The position numbers were made by a program, and so were the translations under genes. DNA of 41,873 nucleotides from Nemertoderma westbladi (lineage: Eukaryota; Animalia; Xenacoelomorpha): positions 1 to 41,873 of the forward strand of contig JAUCBJ010001325.1 of assembly GCA_032718475.1 (NCBI GenBank). The letters are read 5' to 3'. Positions 19,411 through 31,284 of the stretch are shown one piece after another; positions within the stretch are counted from its first letter, which is position 1, and each line of letters starts with the position of its first letter. The notes beneath the pieces are model-generated. The model ran no database searches, was not told the origin of the DNA, and saw only the letters and a list, made by a program, of their open reading frames with translations.

Positions 19411-21423
19411 GGCTCATTCCATGAAAAGGTCAACCTCCCCACTAATTTCTAAAAATGAGATGTAGCTTTGAATTTATACTTATTTTAGGTCAAAATTTAT
19501 CGTACTCCATGAATTCAGTGCTAAAAATTGTATCAACACAGGTGGTTTATCAAAAATAGTCGAATTACAAATTATGGACCTGCTCTGCACAAAATGTGAA
19601 TAAAAGTGTGCAAAAGTTTGGTTTCCTGTAGGCACTTCCTATGACCAATAAATTAACATTTCTGAGCATGTACCAAATCAAAAATAAACCCATTTTCGAA
19701 TTTTTTTGGTTTCATTTAATTTCACCAGTGTTTCATTCCTCTGTAATGAAATCAATAAAGTTAATCTTGTGATGTCCCATACTTTACCTAAAATAGTGAA
19801 ATTTTTAGTTTATTCACAGAGATGTAACTCAGCCTAATCACCCAGTGGAATGCAAAGCACATTTGTGTTGCGTCATTGTATAAAACAATTAGTTTCATCT
19901 TCACTCCCTCAGAAATATCATGGCGGCCAATTGAAAATTGTCCCATACTTTACCATTAAAATAGCGATTATATTAGTGCACTGTATTAATGTAATATGTG
20001 AAGCCATGAGTGATATAATACTCTAAGGTCATAGTCGGCCGTAAGAATAGGAGTCTATATTTGAACTGAGAATCATTCCTCAGTCAAGAAATCTTTGGTT
20101 TTATGCATGTAAAGTCCCATACTTAACCAAAAAATAGTGAAATTTTTAATTTATACACATAGAAGTAGTCTAACTCAGCCCAATCACCCAGTGGAATGCA
20201 AAGCACGTTTGTGTTGCGTCATATAAAGAAACAATTACCTGTAGTTTCATAATCTACTCCCTCAGAAACATCATGACGGCCAATTGAAAATTGTCCCATA
20301 CTTTACCATTATAATGGCGATTACATTTTAGTGCACTGTATTAATGTAATATATGAAACCTGGAGGACAGGAGTGTTATAATGCTTTAGGGTGATAGTAG
20401 GGGGAAGCATAGAAGTATGTATTTGAACTAAGAATCATTCCTCAGTTAACTAATCTTTGAGTTTATGCATGTAAAGTCGCGTACTTTACAACAAATTTCA
20501 AAAAATTTAGTTTTTTAGCAGATAAGAAGATCGGTAAGTACAGTAATTGATACATTTTCAGAAAAATGGAAAGAATTTCGAAACTTTTTACAGACTACAT
20601 GTGTACCAAGTTTGGTTATATTTCATCAATGATTGGCGGACTTATTTTGGTTTTATCAAAATTTTGAAACTATCGGTACCAACAGACAGACTGTCTGATA
20701 TGTGACATTTGATTCCTTAAACTTCAGATTCTATCCAAACTTTTGACAGACTTCATACGTACCAGGTTTGGTTTAATTTCATCTAAAAATGACCGAGTTA
20801 TACAGTATTAGCGATCAAAAATTTGACAGATCACATACAACTCCTCAAGGGCACATATGCTAAGACTTCGGGTCAATTTGTGGGCCGCCCCACATTTTGT
20901 ATCCATATCTTGGTTGGAAATACTTAGTTGCACTTTATTATCACTAATTATCCAGAAATTACTGTTAGGTTAAGTGTAAGAGACCATTTTGACCATAAAA
21001 TTCGTACAGGTCCCGTACTTTACTTAGCAATGTCCCATACTTTACCACACAAACCACACTGTAAAAAATTAGCAATGCAGCAATTCGTCTTATATTTATA
21101 TTTTTATTTAAGCTTAATAATACAGCTTTATCCTAAACATCAACTCAACACTGTACCTGCGCACAATTCGCTAAATTTTAGAATTGAAATCATAAAATAA
21201 AAAAAACCATTTCGTACGAATCCGTACTTTACCTTAATTGGACAAGCTGGTGTTTTCTCAAAAGTGACTAAGTCCCGCCATAATCTTAGCGAAATCAAAG
21301 CTGATATTCGAAAGTTCAATCCAAGCACAATTTTGTGTACATATGTGCTGTGGATAACATTGTACAGGCAATCAAAGTTCAAAATTGTGTACGAATGTCC
21401 CGTACTTTACTTTGGAATGAGCC
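19411..21423. mobile_element. Non-autonomous DNA transposon with 11-bp TIRs and 4-bp TSD; superfamily not assigned
   Basis: GGCTCATTCCA (19411-19421) / TGGAATGAGCC (21413-21423), flanked by AACA on both sides; internal ~340-350-bp duplication and about 9 copies of GTCCCRTACTTTAC; no transposase. Confidence 0.75.
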
Positions 21424-22239
21424 AACAACTGAATAACTGGAAAATGAAATTCGTAATCAGCTACTCGAATTGTTACTGGATGCTTCAATTTATAACCGGG
21501 TAATCAAATTAGTAAGCGGGTAAAAGTTAAAAGTAAACGTTGAATGAAATAAATTTTCTTTTAATAATTAACTTTTTTATACGCAAAAATGCGGACATAA
21601 AAGACTTTTTTGTCCGTAAATGCGGACAAAATAATTATTTATTACATGGGAAAAAAGTAGAACTACTGTAGTAGGTTGAAGGGCGTCTGTGTCTATAAGT
21701 AGGGGTAGACTGCAGACTAAGTGAGCTATTTATTACATGATTTTTGTGTGACCTCTAGTACGTATGTGTGACGGCTGCCACTATGTTTGATGGTGTTGTT
21801 GGGGTTGCAGCCTGTGCGTGGGGTTTTCCAGTTTGCTTTTGCTCATTTGGAAGAGTATTGGACTTACAAACTTGGAATTCGAAATACCGGGTTTAATCCC
21901 ATAGATTCCCATATCCAATTCTACTAAAACATTTACATTTCTTTCAAGGTTTCAAGGTCAAGTGACAGGGAGGTGGGGGGAACTTGACGCAAATCTCATC
22001 TCGACGAATTAATATTCCGCCTCAATGTTAAATTCTCAATTTAGGGAAAGGAGCAGGTTACAGTGGCGCGTTATTCTAACCAAAATAATAAACTAAAGTC
22101 AATAGCACAGGTTATAGTATTATTTTGGGAGTAATCAGTTGTTATTTGCATCGAATCTGGTTTTAAAAGATCATTACTAAAATATTATTATGAAAAAATA
22201 ATTAAAATATTTTTAATTAAGTTATTTAAATATGGTTAT

Positions 22240-22790
22240 TTTCAGACCCGATGCATTATTATCTTCGCAGAAGAGAAAGTTGGCATGTATTCAACTCAGA
22301 AATGCAGCAAGGTTGTTGGATCTTCGAACTTCAAAAGAATAGGAATATAACATTGAGCATCTTGGTCACGACTACCACTACAATGCAGTTGGCGTCGACC
22401 AAGTGATGCATCAGCAAAAGATTTGAAGAGTACTGTAAGTTATGTTTCCCGACAACCCGACAAATGCTGCAGAAGCATTGTTTATGTGACTCGAAACTCG
22501 CAAAGTTGATGTCCAACTGTCCCAGGAATGCCAGCTATTTGTCACGAACCGTCCAGAAAAATCATCAATCGTTCAATGCAAATCGATGCAAATCATCAAT
22601 TGCATCGTAAATGTCATGACTCGCGAAGTTGTCGACCAAATCCCATCATTCTACTGTACAGTACTCCATCGTCATCGATGAGACAAGTGATGTCTCACAA
22701 ATGGAGCAGATCTCACTGTCGATGCACTATGTCGACACATACTGTGAAGACAGTGAAAGCTTTGTAATATCGTTGGGGGAGTTTGATCTT
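22240..22790 (+). pseudogene. hAT (ZMYM1/DUF4371-like) transposase remnant, N-terminal catalytic region
   Basis: YSIVIDETSDVSQMEQISLSMHYVD (FSIxxDExTDxSxxEQxxxxxRYV motif) in ORF 22629-22835. Confidence 0.75.
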
Positions 22791-23129
22791 TTTCAGGTGA
22801 CACAAATTAAAGTTATACCAAATATTTCGGCCTAAAAGCGTTTAACAATGGATATATAGGTATTATAAAAACACGTAAAACACTGGTCAACGTACCGACA
22901 AGAAGAAGTACCGGTAAGTCCTGACGAATGATTTAGTACAATGAAACGGCTTTAACAATAATATAATATAAAGCAGAATTTACAATTAATATTATACACT
23001 GATAATTTTACAAGAACCTACAGTAACTATAATTCCAAAAAGACTAGCACAGATACAAATAAGAGAAAGCACAACACATTACATAGTTTACAGATTCACT
23101 TTACTGAGTCAGGCGAGCAATTCGAGTGA

Positions 23130-23608
23130 TCGGCAATTAAGCTCCATCCTCCGTACCCAGACCACTGCCCCCCTGATGCAATGAGAAGCCCCTCGAACTA
23201 TTGCGAACTGCACACGGCGGCGAACTCACTCCATTACGGTGCTATAAGGTCTGTCCCAGTTGTGGTGTAAACGGTCAGCGAAGATTCTCAGGAGCTTGTT
23301 GGCCTGCGGTACCAGAACTCCATCGCAAGAGAATACGAAGGGTGCAAAGTCCGCTCTCCTCTATCTTGTGGTTCCGCATATAGTGCGGTTTTAGCGTCCT
23401 CCGTAGATTCTAGGACCCTCATCGGGGGGCGTCCAGCAGACGACTCGGCGTCAAGGTTTACGACCCTGATATCTAACAATGCCTGAGTCTGAGTCTGTGG
23501 GTTGAATGCCCCTGGAGCTGGAACTCCTACATCACACCAAAGTCCTGCCCCATCACTTAATCTGGGCTCGTCTGTGACTACTGGTTGGACTATGGGTTTG
23601 GGTTCCGA
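23130..23608 (-). pseudogene. 3' fragment of a CRE/NeSL-type non-LTR retrotransposon (restriction-like endonuclease domain)
   Basis: Across frames: GLWCDVGV..GAFNPQTQTQALLDIRVVNLDAES...E.AK..LY / FAPFVFSCDGVL...W.RPYSTVME*VRRRVQFAIVRGASHCIRG. Confidence 0.75.
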
Positions 23609-24599
23609 CTGTCACGTTTCGTGGTCCAAATGCTAGAGAGGCCAGATCCCCAACAACATCACGGAGTTCAATATATCAGACAATTGGGCAAACCATAAAT
23701 ATTTCATTAACGATATAGACAGTACAAACAAAACAAATAAACAAAACAAGTATACAAAAGGCACTAAACAATTAAAGATTACAAAACTCTATAAAGAATT
23801 ACAAAATTAAAGAGTACAAAATACAATAAACAATTGAATTGAAGTAAACAAACAGAAATAAAACTACCAGTATAAATTAAAGTAACATAACGTTATACAC
23901 TATTTATTAAAGTAAGCAAAACTCATTAAGCTATTAAACGTAAATAAAGAAAACTCAATAAACGCAACTCTGCAGTACAGCAGCAGTAGGCCTACTGACC
24001 ACAAAATGACTGAATGAGTCATTTATTGGCGATGAATCATGTGACTGATTCATAATTGTAATGCGTGTCAAGCACCACTAAAGTTGTCAAGTTATAAAGT
24101 CACCGAAAGTATTATTCTAGGAATACACAATTTGTTAACAATTTGCTAAGTGCATTGCATGATAACAAGTAACCACCCAAATATTTCTTAAAATCTATAC
24201 TGTACTTGGCAAGTATTTTTTAATTCCATATTAATATTTTAATTATTATATAGCTTATATAATATTATATTATATAGCTGTTATTATAGTTATATTATAG
24301 TTAGTGGCCAAGTTCCCATTTTGTTCCCATACCATCTCATACCATCTCGGCTATACCTCGATGAAATTTTCTAAAACTTATTTTCAGATCTAATTTCTTT
24401 ATATTACAACAACCTATCATGGAAAAAACAAATTTTATCGCTCAGTCTCAGAGCGGCCTCTAGAAGGTTAACAAATAATTCAAAATGTGGTAATTGTAAA
24501 ATTTTAGTAAAATTATCATGCCAGTAACTTGCCATTAGGTAACAGGGTAAGGTAGTACTTTATTAATATGATAAGATTCTCAACCCGGGATTGTACGCA

Positions 24600-25000
24600 T
24601 ACTGGACTGCTGGAGATCTTTCTCGTTACACTGTGACGACATGCACAGCTGAGTGCTCATTCAGCCTGTTGAAGACACATTACCGCTCAACAACAGGACT
24701 GGAGTGGCTGAATAGGCTGGCTTTACTTGATATACAGTACATAAGGATATAAAGCTCGATTACAGCAAGGTCATTGCTAAATATATGCCCACCGTTACGA
24801 TCCTCGCCTTTGTCTGATGACTAATATACTGTAACCTCTTTATGGTAAAGTAAAGTTAAGTAGTGTAAAAGTAATTAACATAACATAATAGACACCGCTA
24901 GTACTGTACACACTACTGATGCTATGCATTATTTAGTCTCCATCCCCCCCCCCCCCCCCCCCCCCCCCCACACAAACACAATATCCTGGCTACACCACTG
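24600..25000 (+). pseudogene. hAT transposase C-terminal dimerization domain remnant and right terminus
   Basis: VTTCTAECSFSLLKTHYRSTTGLEWLNRLALLDI from about 24633 (xERSFS..K...RST....RL..LALL motif); end: poly-C then TCCTGGCTACACCACTG at 25000. Confidence 0.75.
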
Positions 25001-25004
25001 GTAT

Positions 25005-25429
25005 TGTACCCAGTCATGCGCTGCGTTTACTTATCGCTATCGGAGCACCTCACTCCCACTTGCGCTGCACTTCAGCGTTCATTAGAGAAAGAGAAAAAAA
25101 TATAAATAAACCACTCAGCTCGGTTTACTCATAGACTGGAACACTAATGGTGAAACGCTCCGAAGGCGATTGTCCTTTCTCATCACACGAAGACTTTGGC
25201 AAATTTTTATCATCAGACGGAAGGAATCCCACCCCGCGGCCGAGGATAGTCAGTACATAGTAGTGGGCATGGGAGTTCCACCGGTTCTCACTCTCCAGCA
25301 TGGATGGATGAATCGAACGCCGAACCATCATCCCCCAAACCCACTGATAATCGATCTTTCTCGACACTTCGAACCAATTTGACAACCTACCGATAACGTA
25401 CCATTGCATTGGGGTGACGAGTTTCTACA
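25005..25429. mobile_element. Probable solo LTR (425 bp), unrelated to the BEL copies
   Basis: TGTA...TACA termini flanked by 4-bp direct repeat GTAT (25001-25004, 25430-25433); internal AATAAA. Confidence 0.5.
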
Positions 25430-25861
25430 GTATATAGCCAAATCTAAAGTCCGTTACTTCGTAAGTAATCTTCAGACTTTGTTCTTGTCGAGTTTAGTAA
25501 GTGCAGTTTAATATTAATAATATACTTTACTACTATCCGTTCATGGCTTATTAGATGTCAGTTATGATACTGATATTTTAGTGTATTTTTTTGTTAGATT
25601 TTGTATTGCTACACCGCTTTTCTTTCAATTACATGCCATTCACCACCCCGTGCACCTGCGTCTTCTGCTATTCTTATATTACCGGTAGGCCCCCTACAGA
25701 TATTATTAGCTTTTCTTGTGCTCTTGTGCATTATGTAAAGCACCTAATGTACTGCACTTAGTAGCGATATTAATGTTAACAATATCGAACAATTTTATAT
25801 TTAAGTGCAGGATCCATACCAATAACACAAAAACTTATTCGGTTTTATGAAGACCTAACTA

Positions 25862-26224
25862 CTACTACTAGTATCGGCATGCTGCATTGCAGCTGCATTT
25901 TTAAGAATGCTGTGCCGGCTTGTCGAACAAAATTGCGCCGCCACAACTCCCTATCACCCATGACATTTGCTAGATCATCCGCATCTTCAAGGCCAGTTTC
26001 CTTTAAGATGCGTCTCAAGAAAGTCATGGGCTGTCCACCATGCTTATTCACTCCATGAGGCTGCCAAAGTACAAGATTATGCACTGGCTGGACCTCACGG
26101 CGAAAGCAATGTCCTGCAAAGCGGAGGCGATTTTGTTCTAGTGTCAAGCTTGGGGGAACCAATGAGACACCTCCAATGTTATATAGTGTCTGGTTGGAAA
26201 TGTGTGCATTGTACTTGACACAAT
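25862..26224 (-). mobile_element. 3' end of an RTE-like LINE, interrupted by BEL copy 2
   Basis: QNRLRFAGHCFRR...VLWQPHG...DRELWR C-terminal motifs; short (TAG)n tail; TSD AAGACCTAACTA at 25850-25861. Confidence 0.88.
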
Positions 26225-27412
26225 TGTTCGCGCTTTTAGACCTTTAGCAGTTTAACCCGCTAATTTTAGGTGTCTTCTAGTTTATAAATCGACTTGAGCC
26301 TATAACAAGTATTTGTTGCATATAAGATATAAAGTTACATTAGCCGAAGCCAGCCTTTGCGCGACCATTCACCCACAGTTAAGGGAGACTGGATTCGGAG
26401 GCTCTGACCTTATTGCGGTGTAGACTTACTGTATTATTCGATTGCTCGTTACTATAATATCTCTGACAAATATTATTTACTTTCGGGAAATATTAACAGT
26501 TCCTTTAGGACGTGGCGCTCTAAGTATGTAAACAGAGTTATGACTTACACTAAACACAACGGGATGGCTAATGATTTTCGTATAAAGCGCATTCTTTAGG
26601 AAATGCTTTGTTATCTGTCACACTCATGCACACTACCGCACACTGCTGCACACTAATCTGCCGACCTTCACTAAATTTGATCATATATAAGGAGAATAGT
26701 AACTGACACATGTAGGGATTATGAAATAGCATTCAATTCACTCCAAAACCACTATAATGTAAGTCGCAGTTGCTACAGGTAACTAGTCCCTCTTACCTTC
26801 AGTATATCAAGAAGATTGGGGTTTTATGATTATTTATCGATATTCTCCAAATATAACAACATATCCATCAACTTATAACAATCAATAACCGACAGTAAAT
26901 AGCAGTAAAATAATGCGGTGAAAGGTATGTATAGTATGATATGGGCTGCGATAACAGTTATACGTTCCTATAATCAAAGCCGTCGAATGTTTGGCTAAAG
27001 TCTGAAACTCAGAATAATTCCAAAGCCGATGTTCTGGGGCTCAGGAAAAGGTAAACAAAAACCGTCATGCATTGCGCGATTTCCCGTAGGCTTCTGTGCA
27101 AATAAAATGAAAATCGCTCTGATTGGTCGAGTGAGCTGAACAAAGAGAGTTAAGAAAGCTCCACATCGACATCAAAATCAGCTGATAGATTTCGTCATCT
27201 GAACCACACTGTATTAAGAGTATTTGGCGTATTGCGGCATAAAATGGCTTGTTATGTCCGCTAAAGTACACATACAGAAAAAATGGCTTTTTATGTCCGC
27301 TAAAACACCTACACAGTACTTTGTGGGAAAAATGGCTTGTTATGTCCGCTAAAACAACTAAACAGTTCATTGCGGAGAAAAATGACTGGTTATATCCGCA
27401 AAAGCCTTTACA
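26225..27412 (-). repeat. 3' LTR of copy 2 (1188 bp)
   Basis: About 8 substitutions relative to 39672-40859, counted by eye. Confidence 0.96.
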
Positions 27413-27490
27413 CCACTCCCAGAAAATGGGATTTAATTTTATAAAATATAAAAAATCACAGTTTCTAAAATATAAAAATACTCTAAACAG

Positions 27491-29044
27491 TTAGTCTTTC
27501 TTGCGCAGACGGCGTTTACGCAGTTTTTTGAGGCTAGCAAGAGTCCTTTTCTCTTTGGGGCGAGCCACTTTACTAGGAGGGCTATAACTCCTGGGTGAAG
27601 GGTGCAATACAATTGCATCGGAAGGTTTAGAATGAAGGTCGGTGTATCCGCCGGTCGAGGTATCCGGTTGATCGGTATCAACCTCAGTGGAACGAGGTCG
27701 AACAACCTTGAGAGCGCGTTTCAAGACAGCAGCTCTTACTGGTCCCTGACGATTCGTCTGCATAAGAGCGGTAGGTGGACCGTGTGTAGTGAGAAATTTC
27801 CTCGGTTTGATGGTTCTTTCCGACTCGCGTTCTCGGGCTCTATCGGAATCGATATGCTTCTCCTCGAGCTGATTTTCCTCCGCTTGTCGTTGGAAGCATT
27901 CGTCCAAAACTCTTGCAGAGAGTAGAGTCGTCCAAGTTCGATATCTTCTTAGAGATTCTGGATTTCCCGATCGAACTGAGATAAAGCTAATTCGTTTCAC
28001 CGCTTGGACTTGCTGCTGCAATTTACGTTTCCTCCAAACAATTGTAGGTTCCTTTTCCGATCTTTTGACGAATAGTGTCCAATGCGTTTCGTACAACTCT
28101 CTCCTCCACCTCGGTGACAGGTTGTATCGGGTTAAACCGGGACGATGATACGGTTGAATGGCGATATTAGATGTCCGCGTCCCAATCCGGCTAGGTAAGA
28201 TGGGCGAATATCTAGGGAGCCCACAACCGGAGTGCCACCGACTAATTGTTCGGGTAACACTAGATCTTTGAACAGTGAGTACAGTTCGGGAGGATCCGTG
28301 ATACTATTAGGATCAAGAGTCTGAGGTCTCACTAGGGAGTGAGGAGGTCTGACCGAGTATTCCGGAACTCTGATCATAGGTTTATTTAAGGATCGTTTGA
28401 GTCGAGCGAGCGTAGGTGATACATCGAACAAGTTTCGCTCGAAACTCCCGTAAATATAGCGAGTAAAACTGTGTTTAGAGCAACGTCTCCGCGGATGTTT
28501 ATGTCTTTCCGTTTGTTGGTTGGGTCTTGGGCATTCATCGCAATAATACCAAAGACGCACGTCTTGTAGGGGAAACGCGGGTGATCTTTCTTCAGTTTTA
28601 CAATGTTTCTCTCAAGAATTCCAAATATACGTTGGAGTCACTGCGTTTATCCGGTTCTTTAACATCTTCTCTTTCAAGTCGATTTCGAATAGAATTTTCG
28701 CATTCGATTCTCAGTTTATCGTTCCGACTCCGCTGGGTATGATATTTAAATAGGACCATTTCCCTTTCGGTGTCGACATCGTCCGTATCGTGTAAATCGA
28801 TAGGATGACCAGTAGTTAAGAAGTCCATATGCGTACCATTACGATGCGTATAGCGAGCAGTGAATTTTCGATAGTCCAATTCACGAGTGAGTTGCTCCTG
28901 GGACATTGGCGGTTCGATATAACGACCATCGTCCTCCGTAGTAGTTGGACTAGCGTCGCCGCGTATTAAGCTATCAACAAACGCTTGCAACGGTAGAGTA
29001 TATCGCTCCCTGATACCAAGATCATCTTCTATCAACTCAGTCAT
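27491..29044 (-). CDS. Extra post-pol ORF3 of copy 2, in three overlapping frames (28598-29044, 28132-28560, 27491-28096); unknown protein with basic C-terminus
   Basis: ATG at 29044; conserved in copy 1; CxxC in YYCDEC; ends in KKLRKRRLRKKD about 80 bp before the 3' LTR. Confidence 0.65.
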
Positions 29045-29623
29045 AGCTGCTATATGAGTTTATCAATATTATAATTAGTTATAATTAGGCTAGCGGGCGT
29101 CGCTGCCTACCCCTCACGGCCCCCGGACAGTGCAAGATCCTCAGCGCTGATGTACTGTCGCCGCTGTGCCTATCGCCAACATAGTAGCTGCACAACGACA
29201 ACAACAACCAGCGCGAGTCACTCCACTGTCCATCCCAAGGGCTTAGATTTACTTCAGGTTCTTACTGCAGAGGTAGAGCTACTTTCACAACTGCGACTCG
29301 CTACTGTAAACACACTTTAGTAGTAACATTCACCTATAAACGCACAAATTCCACACAACTGTCACAAACCGCACACATTCGGGCCATTTGTCCTTTAGTC
29401 AAGTGCCTTCCAGAATGCCACGTTATTATTATGTATCCTTGGATACTAGCAGTGTGCTATTTATTCCTTATGCTATTCAATGGGGCAAGCTTTATTGTTC
29501 TTTTAACTCACTTCTAATTCTAGCGTGGTTGTTGCCATGGTAACATTATGGAAAGCTAGCAGTAGAATTAGGGTAATTCTCATGCATACAGATCTGGGAT
29601 GCTATTTAATAGTAATTCTTTAA

Positions 29624-31284
29624 CGCAATAATTTTTATTGTCCGTTTAAATCCTTTTTTTGTCCTTTTTTTTTATTTTTTATGTCCTCCAAAAGTCTAAT
29701 GTTAGGTTCCATGCTACCGGTTTCTCTACTGCTGTTCTCTCAGGCTATCAGTACCGGTATTAGTATATATAGCACTATTTTGCTGTATTGTATGTACAGA
29801 TGTAGGTATAGAGCAGGTATTTCTGTATTTTAGTACCGGTACCGGCACCGGTACTGCTATAGGCCTACTGTGTAGCCTACCATTTAAATACGGTAATGGT
29901 AGGCCTACCGGTTGTGCTAATAAATTTTAAATAATTGATAGGCCAAACTGGATTGCAGGATTGTGGAAAATGTGGATATACCTTTCACATAATTTAGGCC
30001 TATTACTGTATTAGTTTTATAATCAATAATGGATCATGACTACTGTCTGAGTAGTGTTACGGTTAGCGGCACCACTTCTTCCAACAGCACAGATCAGTTC
30101 ATAAACTCATCCGTACTCGAAAAAACTACTTATACATGTTACATGGTAAAGTGACTGTTTATTGTTTTGGTTAGAAAATCCGGCCTCTGTAACCTGCTCC
30201 TTTCCCTCAATTGGTAATGTTATCGTTTATTGTTTTGGTTAGAAAATCCCGCCTCTGTAACCTGCTCCTTTCTCTCAATTGGTAATGTTATCGTTTATTG
30301 TTTTGGTTAGAAAATCCCGTCTCTGTAACCTGCTCCTTTCCCTCAATTAGTTAAATGATCGTTTATTGTTTTGGTTAGAAAATCCCGCCTCTGTAACCTG
30401 CCCCTTTCCCTCAATTAGTTAAATGATCGTTTATTGTTTTGGTTAGAAAATCCCGCCTCTGTAACCTGCTCCTTTCCCTGAATTGGTAAATTGACCGTTT
30501 ATTGTTTTGGTTAGAAAGGCCCGCCTCTGTAACCTGCCCCTTTCCCTCAATTAGTTAAATGATCGTTTATTGTTTTGGTTAGAAAATCCCGCCTCTGTAA
30601 CCTGCTCCTTTCCCTCAATTAGTTAATTGATCGTTTATTGTTTTGGTTAGAAAATTCCGCCTCTGTAACCTGTCCCTTTCCCTCAATTAGTTAAATGATC
30701 GTTTATTGTTTTGGTTAGAAAATCCCGCCTCTGTAACCTGCTCCTTTCCCTCAATAAGTTAAGTGATCGTTTATTGTTTTGGTTAGAAAATCCCGCCTCT
30801 GTAACCTGCTCCTTTCCCTCAATTAGTTAAGTGATCGTTTATTGTTTTGGTTTGAAAATCCCGTCTCTGTAACCTGCTCCTTTCCCTGATTTAGTAAAGT
30901 GACTGTTTATTGTTTTGGTTAGAAAACTCGGCCTTAATCTGCTCCTTTCCATCAATTGGTAATTGTTTTTGGCTATAAAATGAGTGTTTTGCTACGTCAT
31001 GTGGTAATCGATTATCGACAACAACCACAAACTATTAAATATAGAGTCTTTTTACCACAGGCGCATATGGAAATCTATCTCATAGTCTATAAATCATGGA
31101 ATCATAGAATGTTTTGGCACAGGCATAGTGAAATCAACTGTCTGACAGTTTGAAGAAATACATACATAAAAAGTCATTAAAAAGACAATAAAAGTTATTA
31201 AAAGGACAACAAAAGTCATTATGCATAATTCGTAAAAAAAAAGGACAAAAAAAGTCAAATAAAAGGACATATAAAATCACTGCC
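29624..31284. mobile_element. Non-autonomous Mutator/MULE-like DNA transposon nested in copy 2
   Basis: Absent from copy 1 (empty site near 6397); 9-bp TSD ATTCTTTAA (29615-29623, 31285-31293); imperfect TIRs of about 50 bp rich in TTTTGTCCTTTT / AAAAGGACAAAA. Confidence 0.85.
30150..30960. repeat. 68-bp minisatellite, about 12 copies, inside the MULE-like element
   Basis: GTTTATTGTTTTGGTTAGAAAATCCCGCCTCTGTAACCTGCTCCTTTCCCTCAATTAGTTAAATGATC starting at 30157, 30225 ... 30905. Confidence 0.95.

Noticed and set aside
21588-21630. GCGGACATAAAA motif resembling the LTR U3 subrepeat
   Set aside because: Short AT-rich match without flanking homology; may be chance
22061-22075. Left TIR of the hAT remnant (CAGTGGCGCG)
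   Set aside because: Only about 6-7 bp match the right end and no 8-bp TSD, so the left boundary is left undefined
23610-24150. LTR-like segment starting TGTCACG
   Set aside because: No matching CA end with a TSD could be found
27491-29044. env gene
   Set aside because: The position fits, but no signal peptide or transmembrane segment is visible and the C-terminus is highly basic
30150-30960. CRISPR array (68-bp period)
   Set aside because: The whole unit is repeated; the variable part is only a few substitutions
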